A stretch of 62,975 nt of DNA, counting the filler, from Sphacelaria rigidula (Eukaryota): assembly GCA_964200075.2 (NCBI GenBank). It is 5 parts of 5 records of this genome, joined end to end, with 100 filler letters (N's around TTAATTAATTAA, not from the genome) between each part and the next. Parts side by side here need not be neighbours in the genome. Positions count along the whole stretch, not along the records: positions 37,850 to 50,362 come from CAXNAA020003678.1; positions 50,463 to 62,975 come from CAXNAA020003679.1; 3 more parts are not named here. One strand, written 5' to 3'. Below the pieces are notes generated by a model. The model was not told the DNA's origin and did no database searches. It saw only the letters and a list, made by a program, of their open reading frames with translations. Positions within the stretch are counted from its first letter, which is position 1; every line of letters starts with the position of its first letter. Below are positions 37,750 through 50,670 of this stretch, in pieces. The position numbers were made by a program, and so were the translations under genes.

Positions 37750-37849
37750 NNNNNNNNNNNNNNNNNNNNNNNNNNNNNNNNNNNNNNNNNNNNTTAATTA
37801 ATTAANNNNNNNNNNNNNNNNNNNNNNNNNNNNNNNNNNNNNNNNNNNN
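37750..37849. other. Scaffolding linker (assembly gap)
   Basis: N run with central TTAATTAATTAA, 100 nt. Confidence 0.97.
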
Positions 37850-39038
37850 TCATTTACTTTGTTCAAAAGGCTCGGGATTCGCAACCGCTTTCGACCATGT
37901 GCCCCTAACGCAGAAGTTTCGGCGCGGCAGCGAAAGCATGATGGTGAGGAGTCCAACAGAAAAGCCACCGTCACTCATTATGCCGCATCTTTTGAGCAAC
38001 CCCTCCCTGCGTCTAAGCGCTACGGAACACGTAGCAAAGCATGCTGAAAACATACTTCTTTGGACTAGTCATCGAGTTTTCGAGCGCCTCTTACCTTCCC
38101 CCTCAGATGGGATTCGTGACAACTGTGGGGGTATTTGGTGAACATCGCTCGGAATTAAACATGTAGAATAGTTTTCGGGGGTACCGTAGTACATCTTCCC
38201 CTGTTGAAAATCGAAATTTCATTGCTTAAACACTTTACACCTGTTACAATGAACGACTGCTTCCCAAGAAAACAACCCGTTATTTCCGGACTCCCCCTGG
38301 GGTCCAATCCTAACCCTGAGGTTGTCTCAAATCCCATCTGAGGGGGAAGGTGCCAGCGCTTTCCGTCGCTGCATCAGATCCCGTTTGGGACCGTCAGAAG
38401 GGATATTCAAACTACAGCTGCCGCGGCTTCTAAACTAAAAAGAGATATTCAAGCGCGTTGCACTACAGTAGACCAAGTATTGTTCAACAGCCCACCGCGA
38501 AACCGGTTCTCAACACAGCCACGGCGGAGGTAGCCATGCAAGGCGTGATAGCTGGTTTAGACTGGATGAAGCGCCTCGCATGGGCACTACTGGCGAAACA
38601 ACCCCAGGCGTGGGACTAACGCTTACCCCCGTTGTGTGTGTGTGCAGCTTTATTGTGGGGCACCGGTATATCTCAGCAGACTGCTCAATGATGATGCCTT
38701 TCAAAGATCGCTGGCATCTGCCGCCGCATTGGATCGTTTCGCTGACGGCGGTCGTCGCCGGCGCAACAGTATGAAGTCTCTCTCAGACACTCAACCAGAG
38801 GCGCTCGAAAACTCGATGACTAGTCCAAAGAAGTATGTTTCCAGCATGCTTTGCTACGTGTTCCGTAGCCCTTAGACGCAGGGAGGGGTTGCTCAAAAGA
38901 TGCGGCACAATGAGTGACGGTGGCTTTTCTGTTGGACTCCTCACCATCATGATTTCGCTGCCGCGCAGAAACTTCTTCGTTAGGGGCACATGGTCGAAAG
39001 CGGTTGCGAATCCCGAGCCTTTTGAACAAAGTAAATGA
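37850..39038. repeat. About 240-nt inverted duplication (37850-38090 vs 38798-39038)
   Basis: Reverse-complement match with scattered substitutions, visible as mirrored ORFs 37850..38053(-) and 38835..39038(+). Confidence 0.88.
38093..38351. mobile_element. MITE with about 31-nt TIRs
   Basis: ACCTTCCCCCTCAGATGGGATTCGTGACAAC ... GTTGTCTCAAATCCCATCTGAGGGGGAAGGT. Confidence 0.82.
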
Positions 39039-39833
39039 AATTCCGATGGTCCGTTGAACCTCAATTAAATGTCGAACCTCAAAAACGAATTCAGGCTGTG
39101 AAATTTGTAATTCATACAGGTGTCGAGCTTTTGTGTCGTGCAGTACACCGTCAACGGTACTCGTTTCCTACCTCCAGGTCATGGGGGGTAGATCATGGAC
39201 ACATGTTCACCCCCTGTAGAAATATGCGGAATGGATCGATTGTACATGCCACCCATACTTACCATGAGGCGTGAATGGCATCTACATCAATGCCATGCGT
39301 ATGCCTCCGTGCGGGACGAAGAGTCAGCACGTCGTTGAATCCTGTCATGACATGGGCCTTGCATCGGTCGTACTTTTCTCCCAATCTGTATGCGGTTGAG
39401 ATGACTGTACCGCATATGTTATTCACCGTGGGGTGCATGCGGGACCAACAGTTGAATACAGGTTGACTCCTATCATGTCGTGAGAAGTCAACTCGTATAA
39501 ATCTTGATTTGTCCTAGCCGTGGAAGATTTGGTGTGGATACGAAGATTTGCATCCTCCGGGCTTTCATCCCCAATTAAAGGTTCATCCCCAATTCGTAAA
39601 ATCCCGTGTTTATAGAACACCTCAACATCAAACATCAAAATATACGCGTGCCGCTGTAGTCCAAGGGGCATTTCTACAAAGCCTGGTTGCGTAACACGAA
39701 AAACTGATGCAATGAGGTCGTTTTAACGTTGATCGCCGCCGAAAAAGTTGTTTCGATTCTATACCGGAGGTACCACCCTATTATTGTGATCCTCGTCTGG
39801 GTCCATGCCAGGACAGCAAACTCAGACTCCCCA

Positions 39834-40166
39834 CACACCTGGCCATTTGGCTCCCTCCAAAATTCCTCCAGGTGGGTACATTTTTCGAGCCTCCAGAGGA
39901 ATTAAACGCTCCTGGAGGGGTGCGCGGCCCTCCAGAGGAGATTTTTTCATTTCCTCCAGAGGGATTAAACGCCTCCGGAGGCTTTTTTTTTACTCTGGAG
40001 GGCCGCACATACCCCCAAATTCCTCCGGAAGGGTGCGCGGCCCTTCGGGCCGGTAGAGTTTGGTTTCCTCCGTAGGGGTTGAAGGCCTCCGGAAACTTGT
40101 TTTCCCCCTGGAGGGCCGCGCATTCCTCCGGAGGCATTTTGGGGTGTAGCCAAATGGTCGCGTGTG
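39834..40166. mobile_element. TIR element packed with CCTCC(A/G)GAGG palindromic subrepeats
   Basis: CACACCTGGCCATTTGGCT ... AGCCAAATGGTCGCGTGTG termini, with roughly ten CCTCCAGAGG/CTCCGGAGG/CTGGAGG units. A related left end lies at about 53172-53420. Confidence 0.8.
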
Positions 40167-40749
40167 CACGTTATACCTCACCGAGCGCCCTACTTTGCTA
40201 AGATACCTATATGGCACGTGTCCCAGGACACCCCATCACAGCAACTGGTATCCTATGACACCTGGGCACTACGAGCTGGGCCAGCTTAGAAGCAGATCTG
40301 TGAATTGCAGAGAGATTCCCACCTAAATTTTGAGAGTTGCACTTCAACGTTCGGTGCGGAGAATCGCTAGGGCACCGTGACAAGTATTATCTTGGGACTT
40401 TGAGATTATTTTCTGTGAACGGAGGGCAAATAAAACAAGCCCCAGTTTTAACAAAAACGCCCGTAATTAATGAGAAAACAGGCATATCTTGAGATCCCGA
40501 AAATGTGTTGTTCATCAGACCGTTTCTTACGATTGGTATTTCGAGAGGGAGGCGTATACCCCACGTTTGGGACATTTGACACGGTTTTTGGTGACCAAAC
40601 AGGGGATACCGTCATCGCACGTCTTGGACACTTTGCATCGCCCCACCGAGAGGAGCCTTGCCCATTTTCCCGATCCGCTTGGCTCCGAGGTACCGAGATT
40701 GGCCTCTGAACAAAAATTTGGCATAGCAAAAAATGCGGTGCCTGAAGAC

Positions 40750-41008
40750 TGTGACGCCAGCCGGTGGGAGAACTGCTGGATCACTGCTGGATCGTTGCTG
40801 TTGAGGGACTCCCCAGTCTTACTGGCCTCAGTTTCAGTTGTCAGCCTTTACAACATCTCATTATTCAGGAGTGCCCTCGTAGGCACAGCCTCCCAGACAC
40901 GCCAGGGTATCAACCTAGTGTCCCCGGTCATTATCCAGATTATCACTACCAACGGTCATTATCCAGATCATCACTACCAACTCAACGTAACGGCGTTATT
41001 TCGTCACA
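40750..41008 (-). repeat. 3' LTR of Gypsy element 1
   Basis: TGTGACG...CGTCACA terminal inverted repeat, preceded by AAGAC. Carries 11-nt and 28-nt tandem duplications absent from the other LTR. A G-tract (TTTGGGGGTGC, minus strand) lies just inside as the putative PPT. Confidence 0.92.
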
Positions 41009-41099
41009 GCACCCCCAAAGCGCGTTGGGCGAAAAACGATCAACAAGCTTGACAAATAGAAACGCCAAAACGACGAGCAAGTCACAACTGAATACCAAA

Positions 41100-42891
41100 C
41101 TAATTCCAAATGCGGGCAGCAACGGCACGAGTCACGCGCAATTTACGCAACTCTTTGGTAAGAAATTCCGGAGCGGCCCCAAAAATATCCTTGAAAGGCT
41201 CCCACGTACGCTCCTCGACTTCGAAACCAACCCAGTCGACCGACACGGTCGACGAACGATCATCTGCTTCTGCTACTCGGACAATACCGGCCATCTGAAA
41301 TTGCCCTTGATTGAAAGCATGCTGGAACACGTCCTTGACGTCAGCCGTAACATTAAGCTGCGAGTCTGCATAAAAACGCAAACGAGCTACATGGACGGTC
41401 TGAACACGACCCAAAACAATGTTCTGAATCTCAAACACGTGCGGGTGGTGAGCACCAATCACTCTCCATGGATCAGCCTACGTCGCCATCAACTTGGGCA
41501 ACTTGGGCGTAACACCCAGACGACGCTCGCGTGCATACGAGACATAGTCGTCTACCTCAAAATTCGGCAATTCCAGCCCCGACGAGGACCCCTCACGTCT
41601 ACGCGCACGTTCAGCGGCAACACGTTGCTGCACTTGAACGTGGAAACGTTCTTGCAAGTCCAAGACTCCTTGTAATGCACGCTTCATTTGAACATCGTCC
41701 AAAACATCACACTTCCATTCCTCCGCCGACGAAGACGCCAGCACCGAGAAAGACGTCCAAGGGGCACGACCAAACATCACGTGGTACGGCGTACTATCGT
41801 AACGACGACGATACGCTGTTTTAAGCGCCCATTGCACCGCGGGCGACACGTCCACCCAGTCGGAAACCGCTCTACGCTGCTCGAGAAGAATAGAGCGAAG
41901 AGCACGAACTACTTCCTTGACCACGCATTCGCACGTGCCGTTAGACCACGGAGAATACGCTACCGCAAACTGGTGATCAACGCGCAAAGCCTCTCGCAGT
42001 CGGGCCAAGATCGTATTCTTGAAATGCGCGGCGGTATCACTCATCCACATACGCGGCACCCTCAAAGTCTTACACCAGTTCAGCAAAGATGCAGCGGTCG
42101 ATTCAGCAGTACACACTGCTACTGGTTCCAGAGACACGAAGTTGCTCAAATCATCCATGATTACCAAAATGTATCGAAACCCAGCATCCTCCGACAAACC
42201 TTGGGAAGCTAGCGGGCCACTCTCGCCCACGTACAAGAAGTCAAAATGAACGACTTAAGTCGGCGTGATCCCATGGGCCGTTTCGCCGAGCGGGCGGGGA
42301 ACAACATCGCCCGCTCTTGAGTCAGCACAGTGAAGACGCTGGCGGACAAATTCGCGCACATGAGTTTCTATCCCCTGCCAGACACAAAACTCTTGCAAGC
42401 ACACGAGCGTCGCAGCCACACCACGATGCCCGGCGTCGCGCATGTGCGCGCAAATCATCAGACGTACCTGCAACTGCTTGTCAGAGCTCGGGATCCACGA
42501 AACGTTTCGGCCACGCACATACACACGAAACAGACCTTCATTTGTCCAAGATAGCAGTACCAACGTCCGACTCGAAAGATTGCGCATCCGCATCTTCGGC
42601 CCCAAGGTCTTTTCGTTGCGCTTGGCGGACAATGGGTTTGGAGGGCATCGAGTCATCAGGTTCACACGGACCATACACAGCCACAGCGCGCACAGGCATT
42701 TGAATTTCAACTGTAGGCACCTGCATGACCAAACTACCCCAATGGCACTCAGATGCATCCGGAAACATAAACACCAGACAATCAGGATGAGGATGTAACA
42801 GCGTCACGGCATGAGCCACCAGATCCTTCGCTGCCGCCCACGCCTGCAGCCTGCCCTCCGCCCACGATGCAGCCTTCTTCGGAAACCCCAT
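41100..42891 (-). pseudogene. Gypsy-1 RNase H stub, integrase and chromodomain (frameshifted)
   Basis: MFPDASECHWGS (RNase H first Asp); H...GHRG...HC zinc finger; YILVIMDDLS / MSDTAAHF / YSPWSNGTCE (DDE core); VDWVGFEVEERTWEP (chromodomain). Confidence 0.88.
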
Positions 42892-45004
42892 ATCTGTACT
42901 GGATCACCGCGCTTGCAAATTCCGTAACACCGACCGAGCGCCAAAAGAGCCGCCATGCACAACGCCAACCAACTCGAGTTTACTGGATCGTACCGCCGCG
43001 GCTTCGTCTTCGCCGCGGACGCCCCAGGTTTAAGCTGAATACGCATGAGCTCCACGCGCGCAGGGAAATCACCCCGCAGCGCACGACGAAACGCGTTGAC
43101 GCGGCAATGCAATATGTCGCGCAGGAGCTCCGCTTTTGAGACGCTGAGGCCTTTCGCCACAGCACCCGTCACGCTCTTCTCCAGCGCGACCTTCCGAGCG
43201 GACTCCTCTTCCGCCGGGTCGATGAACATATCCGGGCCGCGCTCTACTAAGCGTTCCACCGCCGCATCCCGCACCTCTGTCACCTGCCCCCCAGCCTCCT
43301 GAAAAGCATCCACCGACAAGCTCACACGACGAGTGCCCCAAAAAGTGGGCGTCTCCACGTGCGGACCAGGGCGAGATATCCGCGTCTTGATGGAGTCCTT
43401 CAACCGCTCATACGGGTCGACTCCTAGATCCTGAAGCGTCGGCAACCCCAGAAGAACAACGCCATTCGACCCTGGTATAATCGCAAACGAGATCGGAGGT
43501 AACGATGCCAGCCCCCAAGCAGTCTTGAAGGCTAGCTGCAACGGAACAGTACGCTCCGTGACTGAAACATGCTGACCTGACGCGGTGACTGCCTGCCGCG
43601 CCCCGAGCGAAAGCGGGATGCGCAGCGGCACACCCGGGAGCTGACGCTCCAGCATCTCAACCATCTGCACCGGCAGACTGGTGAAATGGGCGCCAAAATC
43701 CAACACATACCGAACCACAATGGATCCACGCTGCCGTTGATTTGAAAGACATAACTCTGCTGGAATGCATCTGTCAGCAAACTCCACGGGAACTTCTTCC
43801 GCTGACCTATGTGCCGCTAATCCCACTTGACGCCACGGATGCGCAAGCTGCGCAGACGAAGACGCCCCGGAAGGTTCAAACGGCACCACCGGCGGGTACG
43901 CCCCCCAGCCAGCAAACCAAGAACTTGGCGAACCTCTGACCAGTGCGTCAACAGGCGTCGCGCCTGGCGCTGATGCCGGTGTCGCCGCCGGCGCCATCAC
44001 CAGCGACGGCGCAGTGTTTGACTCGGTAGAAATCGGGCCCATCTGCACCGCCCGTTGCGGAGCAGCAGCACCTACGGCGGCGCCGGACCCAGAGCCAGGC
44101 CCATGCTGACGCCGCTGCCCCTGCTGCTGCTGATTCTGCTGCTGCGGTGGCTGCTGCTGAGGGCTTGCCTGCGGCCCTCCATCGCCGGAGGATCCGCCGC
44201 CGCCACCATGATTACCTCGTCTTTTGCCCTTGTGCTGACGATGCTGATGGCGCGCGGCACTAGACTGCCCAGACTCTCCACCGGAAGACGTTGGGCAATC
44301 GCGCGCGTAATGGCCGACCTGGCCACAGCGGTGGCAAGTAATACTCGCGGCGCAATCGATCAATTTCGACCGAACACTTCTATTTTTCGCCATTCCTTGG
44401 CCTCGTCCACGATGGTGCTCATCACCAGGTAAGGGTCGGCATTCCAGTCTGTTTGGTGCTGCAGCTTGATAAGCATGGCTTGCTTGAAATTTTCCGGTGC
44501 CAACCCCTCCACCAAAACCTCAGTGATTACTGCTGCCGGGCCGGGAATGAACTTACCATCGGGGGAACGATATACTACTTCTACGTTCGGATTTTCCGTG
44601 AAGTACTGATCCAAATTGGCCAAAATGGGCTCCGCACGCTCCAACATCGTTTTCCCCCGAGAATCCATGGCGACAGCGTTTGCCACGGCCGCGGACGCTT
44701 GGGTCAGACCTACCTCGGCGCCCGCCGCATTCCCAGCATTCTTTTTGATCTCCGCAACAAATTACGGGGAGGTGATAATGCTCTCATTATGTTCCAAACG
44801 AGCGAACACTCTCTGTACATAACTTGGCACTTGTTGAGCCATTGTCACCACCTGATGCCGCACGGCACCCCCTGCATTAGTGTGCTCCACACGCTTCTTG
44901 TATTCCGTATACCTCGTGTAAAAAGTGGGAGATGCCCTCTCTGAGTACCTATCCCCGTATTGGGGAGGTCGCGACTCTTCCCGCATGACCACGGGTGTCG
45001 CCAT
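42804..45004 (-). pseudogene. Gypsy-1 gag / zinc knuckle / aspartic protease / start of RT (frameshifted)
   Basis: ORF pieces 44762-45004, 44360-44686 and 42804-44393. Motifs CHRCGQVGHYARDC, YVLDFGA (degenerate LDSGA), VLLGLPTL and RIQLKPGA...PRRY; no YxDD RT core. Confidence 0.85.
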
Positions 45005-45118
45005 AGTTGTAATCGGCTATCTGCAAACCTTTTGCAGGCCAGCGGACCTTCCCGAATTGCACTTTCCTTGCTTCGTCGCCGCACCACACAGTCGTAGGAG
45101 CCTTCAAACTCCCGCATG

Positions 45119-45245
45119 CAGCTTCAGCAAGCCTCCAGTCTGAATCTATCACAAGCCAGCCGCCTTTCTGCAGCCGCCTCAGCTTCAGCAAGCCTCCAGT
45201 CTGAATCTATCACAGGCCAGCCGCCTTTCTGCAGCCGCCTCAGCT
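45119..45245. repeat. 61-nt tandem duplication in the Gypsy-1 5' leader
   Basis: CAGCTTCAGCAAGCCTCCAGTCTGAATCTATCACA(A/G)GCCAGCCGCCTTTCTGCAGCCGCCT twice, one mismatch. Confidence 0.9.
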
Positions 45246-45352
45246 GAAACCCTCTCCACGCGTCCGTGGGTGATCAGGTTTTCACAGCTGCCAGACTCCT
45301 TCCGCCGAATTCCTTTCCAGCAGGTTTTTAGCACTAGCACTAATATCGATAT

Positions 45353-45572
45353 TGTGACGGCAGCCAGTGGGAGAACTGCTGGATCACTGCTGTTGAGGGA
45401 CTCCCCAGTCTTACTGGCCTCAGTTTCAGTTGTCAGCCTTTACAACATCTCATTGATCAGGAGTGCCCTCGTAGGCACAGCCTCCTAGACACGCCAGGGT
45501 ATCAACCTAGCGCCCCCGGTCATTATCCAGATCATCACTACCAACTCAACGTAACGGCGTTATTTCGTCAAA
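45353..45572 (-). repeat. 5' LTR of Gypsy element 1
   Basis: About 220-nt direct repeat of 40750-41008. Begins TGTGACG, ends CGTCA(A)A, followed by AGAC. Confidence 0.92.
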
Positions 45573-48500
45573 AGACAGTTTCACGTGAAGAAGAAAACAC
45601 CTGCAGGCACCGTATGTTTTATCCAGCCGTATTTCTGTTTGGAGGCTATTCTCGGAACCTCGGAGCCAAGCGAATCGGAAAATTGGACTAGCTCTTCTAG
45701 GGGCGATAGAAAGTGATTGAGGCATGTCAAGCGATATTACCTGTTCTGGGGGCCAAACCCCCCGTCAAATGTACGAAAAGTGGAGTATACGCTCCCCAAC
45801 AAGATACCAACCGCAAGAAACGATGTTATGCCCCGGCGATTCTCCACACCATATTTCAAAGTGCAACCCTCGAAACTGGTGTGAGAATTCCAGCTCTAGA
45901 GGCTGGGCCAGCCTACAAACGGAGCTGGATGGTGTAGACCACTTAACATCTCAGTATTGAGAGATTTGCTTCGATATTTTTTGTGTGGGGAATAGCAAGA
46001 GCATCATAATTATTAGTAGAAAATCTGCGGGGTGTTGAGGTATTTCGGTCATGTATTGATGATGTCGTGGTGTATCATTTCCGAAGAGAATCTCTTATCT
46101 ACACTTCATCTTGGAACCCGATCCACGGAAGCTGCATCCTTAGCCCGTGCATGAAAGCAAGTAAACCCTATGCATTTGTTTCACTATATCGCACGGATAC
46201 TGAAAAGAAATTGGACCGCACATATATTTATCCCGCTGAAGTTGACACCTGCATCGTGCACAATAGCAAGAACAAATCAAATATCATCCAATCGGCGCAT
46301 GTACTGTGGATGTATACTTCGGCGATCACCCATATGAACATCAGTCGCTGTGTTCGTCGACACTGAGAGAACGCAACACACGTTGGCGAAAAACGCCAGA
46401 GATTGACGTCGACATAGACGGAAAGTACACCGAAATGCACAAAATAATCCAAAAGTTCCCCTGCGGACAGGCACACGGCTCCCCGTGAGTCATCGCTCAA
46501 AACGACCAATGGGATGAAATATAGGGGAAGACAACCGCCTACGCAAGTAGGATAGACTTCTATAAGACTGATGCGAAAATTGATCATTCACTTTGCCCAT
46601 ACGGAGAATGATTTTGAAACGAACAAGGACGGAACTCGTCACATCTATACGTCATATATATATTGAGACCCACGCCGAGACCAACTGCTGCGAATGGCGG
46701 CATGAACGAAACAATGGTGAGGATGAAATGAAAAAAAAGGTAGATGCAACAAGCGTCGGATTGGGATATTTCAAATAAAACTTGGTCTAAGAGTGTTGCC
46801 GCAATAGCCTCCCCCCACAAGAAAAGGGTCTGGTTTGAGGATGCAAAATCTACATGCGAGTCCTTATGACAAAAGTCGAGCATGCCGATCACCTGGGAAC
46901 TCCCGCATATGGGATATTTGTACCAATGCTGCCCAACTGATGCGCTTCATGCAGTCTGAAATCAGTTTTCGCGCGCCGTATGGCTAATGTTTTCGTGACC
47001 GTTTTCGGGCTTGTTTGCGGAGGGGGGGGGGGGGTTATCACGGCATCACTCTTAATTTGCTGATGACCACCTCAATACATGGGGGCAGTCGTGCAGCATG
47101 ATAACGAGAAAGAAAGAGCGCATGATATGCCAGAGTAGAAATGATGCCGTCTTCATGAAAATGACGTCTTGCCGGGCTGTTTCCTCTGAGCGCTCGTAGC
47201 ACCTTACCGTCGGGGGGATGGATACGCTCACAAGCGCCCAGTCAGTTGCAACAACTCAGCTGAAGATGCCTTCTCCCAACGATATCCTTTGTATTTTATG
47301 TCGTATACCATATTCTGGTAGCGGTTCATCTCATATACCAATTATTCGTCTTCTGCTCCTCATCGTGCTGCTCGTCGCAATTACCCCATGGTGCCCCTTC
47401 AGACAATGGCAACCTCCGGACCCGTCTTTGAGACAGTTCACCGCGTGAATACCAGACCCGCATACGAATGCATACATTACATACCCAAGCGTAGTTCATT
47501 TTATCAAAGGTTCAAAATATGCACGAAGCACTGCCACCAGAGGAAGCGCTGCTGGTTCCACACGCACATCACCTTGTATAAGGTGACACAGTCCACCCCA
47601 ATCTTGTAGTACGCCGTCTGTTCGAAAGCACGAGGAAATCCTAGACGCCGATATCATTTCACAACCGCTTTTGAGACACTGCACGCTAGAAGTATATGTC
47701 CGGTTGCACAAATTTCAATTAAATTGCACCGAGGGGCACTATCGCCTCTATCGTAGCGGGATGCAGCTTTTTTCCCGCCGCCCCCGCTTCCGCCGCAGCC
47801 TCTGAAACTCCACCTACTAGCGACGCTGCTAACGCCTGATCGAAATCCCTGCAGTACCACCAGGCATAGATATGATCCTAGGCATCGGTGATGGCGGGGT
47901 ACCGCTACAAGGTGTTGCAGTTGTTGGAGACACCTGGTCGTTCGCCGCTGATTCCATCAGTGCTTCCGTCCGTTTACTTCTGTGCTGGTCATCCTAAACA
48001 TCCCCCGAATAAGGGACTCGGCATAGAGGAATTGGATGCGCATGCGGAGCGCATGGAGAGAATATCATGTTAAAGCCCCTCGTGCTGGTGCGGCTATAGC
48101 GACGCAGCCCACACAGGTCTCCAGCGGTTCATGAGCGACAAGTCGTAGCGTCTTCCATGGAAATTGCATTGCGTTGACCATAACCTCGTTTCGGCTGACA
48201 TTCCGATGCCGGGCGTGTTTCACCTCAGAAACATGATCAAGACACGCTTCCCATATTTGACATCATATCACGTAGAGGAAAGCGGCCGACTTGTCCTATG
48301 CATTAGCACCTCTGTTTTCCTAGCGGGTGGGCCCCCGAACACTTAACTGGGCACAAGACAATGGCAGCCCAGTTTATTGACGGTCTTCACTATCATGTTG
48401 GGAGTCGTGCTACGAAAGGGTTGTGCATTTGGGTCCGAATCTTTCTCATTTAGGGGACCCTGAAGTTAGGAGCTACACAAGAATATGGGTCAGGACATTA

Positions 48501-49005
48501 CTGATAACAAATTCATTCGGGATATCTCCCGACCCCATTGGACACTCACGCGGCGTGCTCTCACAGACTCTACTGGTGGTTTTTTGGATAAGATAGAGGG
48601 CTCCTAACAATTCAACCCGCAGCGAATATTTGTGCACCTAAACCGTAGCACCACTCTAGGGTTGTCGGCGACAGATTGATGGAGTAAGTGTCGTACATCG
48701 CTAACTGATGCCCCAGGGATATAGCCGTGGTCACAAAATGCTGAGCCAGGATCGTGCTCATTTCGTGCAGACACCACTAAGTAGCATGGCCAAGAATGAT
48801 TTAAATATATCCAAGAATTTGAAAAACAAAACATAACTCTATTTTTCAGTATTGATATAAAAGGCAACGTAATTGACGTTGATTTATTAAGAAGTTAGTG
48901 CAGATAAGCTCACAACGTCGCAGCTATCACACTTCCTGTCTATTCAGGTCACTCACGTCTACCCTCTCTTGAAAATTCTTATTTCAACAGCCGATTACCG
49001 AGATG

Positions 49006-49409
49006 GAGGATGGAGCTTTCCATTGAGGATGAGAACCCGGAGGATTGAAACCTTCGTCGCCACACCGAATCTTCGAAATATGGTTTCATCCCTTCACCTA
49101 CTGGTAGATCTTGACAACTGCTACAAACCCTACGAATTTGAATTTTGATAACCGACATGTTGGGGTCCTACATGAAGGAGTAGTTTTGGGGAATTCAGGT
49201 GATCCGAGCGGATCGCCGAAATTCTCCAAAATTGGTTTTTCACCTAGGACCCCAACATTTCGGTTATCGAAATCTAAGTTTAGATAGCGTGTAGTCCTTG
49301 TCAATAGCTACAGTAGGTGAAGAAATGGAAACAGATTTCGAAGATTTGGTGAGGGTACGAAGATTTTAATCCTCTAGGTTCTCATCCTCAATGAAAAAGC
49401 TCCATCCTC
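49006..49409. mobile_element. Foldback/MITE: about 400-nt imperfect palindrome with GAG...CTC termini
   Basis: GAGGATGGAGCTTTCCATTGAGGATGAGAACC ... GGTTCTCATCCTCAATGAAAAAGCTCCATCCTC; central GGTGATCCGAGCGGATCGCC. Partial relative at about 39520-39590. Confidence 0.88.
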
Positions 49410-50362
49410 AAATACGATGATCGGCTGTTTTTAGATGAGCTTCTAGCCATTGCTGATTGACTCCCTCGTCCTGACGTAGCCGCTCGATATTACTCCCAAG
49501 GGAATAACCGAAACACAAGGGATGACATTTTCCCGGTCCTCTCGAACTGAGCGTATTTTTCGCAATTTTCACACGCCCATCGGAGATAGGGACCAATGTG
49601 TCTCACGACGTTCTGAACCCATCTCACGTACCACTTCAGTCGGCGAATGGATGTCTACAACATATACAAGGGGCGTGTACTGGTTGGGCGGGGATATTTA
49701 CTGCTGTAGGGGCGAACGTCCAGTATCAAATCAGGGAAGTTCCAACATCAAGGAGAAAAAAACGATTCATTGGTTGACTGTCGCATGTGAAGCGATCCGT
49801 TACGAATTGAGCCCTTATCAGAACATAGGAATGCCCGAAGTAAGACGTGTAGAACACTCGCTTAGGAAACACTAAAAAGTTAGAAACGAAGAACGAAAGC
49901 AGTCTTGATCGTACAGAACTCCACGTCATCGACATGGTGCGCCAAAACGGGAAACAAGAACACCCCCCAACGGAGGAAATAATTCAATCAGGAGCGGAGA
50001 AAAACTCTAGAGAGAATATGGACAAGTATCAACATTCTCCACAAAGAATGACTGGGACACGGAGAAGACCATGAAATAGACAACAAACACATATCCCAGG
50101 GGGCACGATTCCAAGGGTGATAAGCAAGCACATTTTCTTCCGAGACAGATTACCGGCAAACGCCGCCTCAACAAAATATTGCGGGCAACACGGGGGGGTG
50201 TACTCATCTGTTGCTGGCCTTCGCCATTTGACCATTGACTATGCACCCCTTTCGAGACGAAACACCAACAGGGAGTGGGAGGGGAGGGGAGGGGAGGGGG
50301 GGAGCGCACGAGTGATCTGGCATGGCGTACTCGACAGACCCATGACCTCCCAGCCCTACAAC

Positions 50363-50462
50363 NNNNNNNNNNNNNNNNNNNNNNNNNNNNNNNNNNNNNN
50401 NNNNNNTTAATTAATTAANNNNNNNNNNNNNNNNNNNNNNNNNNNNNNNNNNNNNNNNNNNN
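50363..50462. other. Scaffolding linker (assembly gap)
   Basis: N run with central TTAATTAATTAA, 100 nt. Confidence 0.97.
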
Positions 50463-50670
50463 TGGACACAATCCCGGGGAGCGGTTGATTCTCATTTCAA
50501 AATACGTTCTCAGTTTCCTGGCAGCCCTGTTAGTCCTTGTATAATTGAACTGTTTTGCTGTTCTATCCTATTCCAAACAATCAAAACGGCTCTCAAAAGC
50601 TACGAGAAAGTGCTCGCTATGGGTTCGGTGAAACGTACGAAGATGCTGTCGAACAGTCATACCGAACTAT

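Larger units (their letters stand above)
40750..45572 (-). mobile_element. Ty3/Gypsy chromovirus-like LTR retrotransposon, internally deleted (non-autonomous)
   Basis: Paired LTRs starting TGTGACG, with AGAC (or AAGAC) on both flanks as TSD. Internal order: gag, CCHC knuckle, protease, RT stub, RNase H stub, integrase, chromodomain. Confidence 0.93.

Noticed and set aside
46060..48350. Possible decayed transposase-like coding fragments
   Set aside because: No consistent frame, strand or diagnostic motif could be established by eye.
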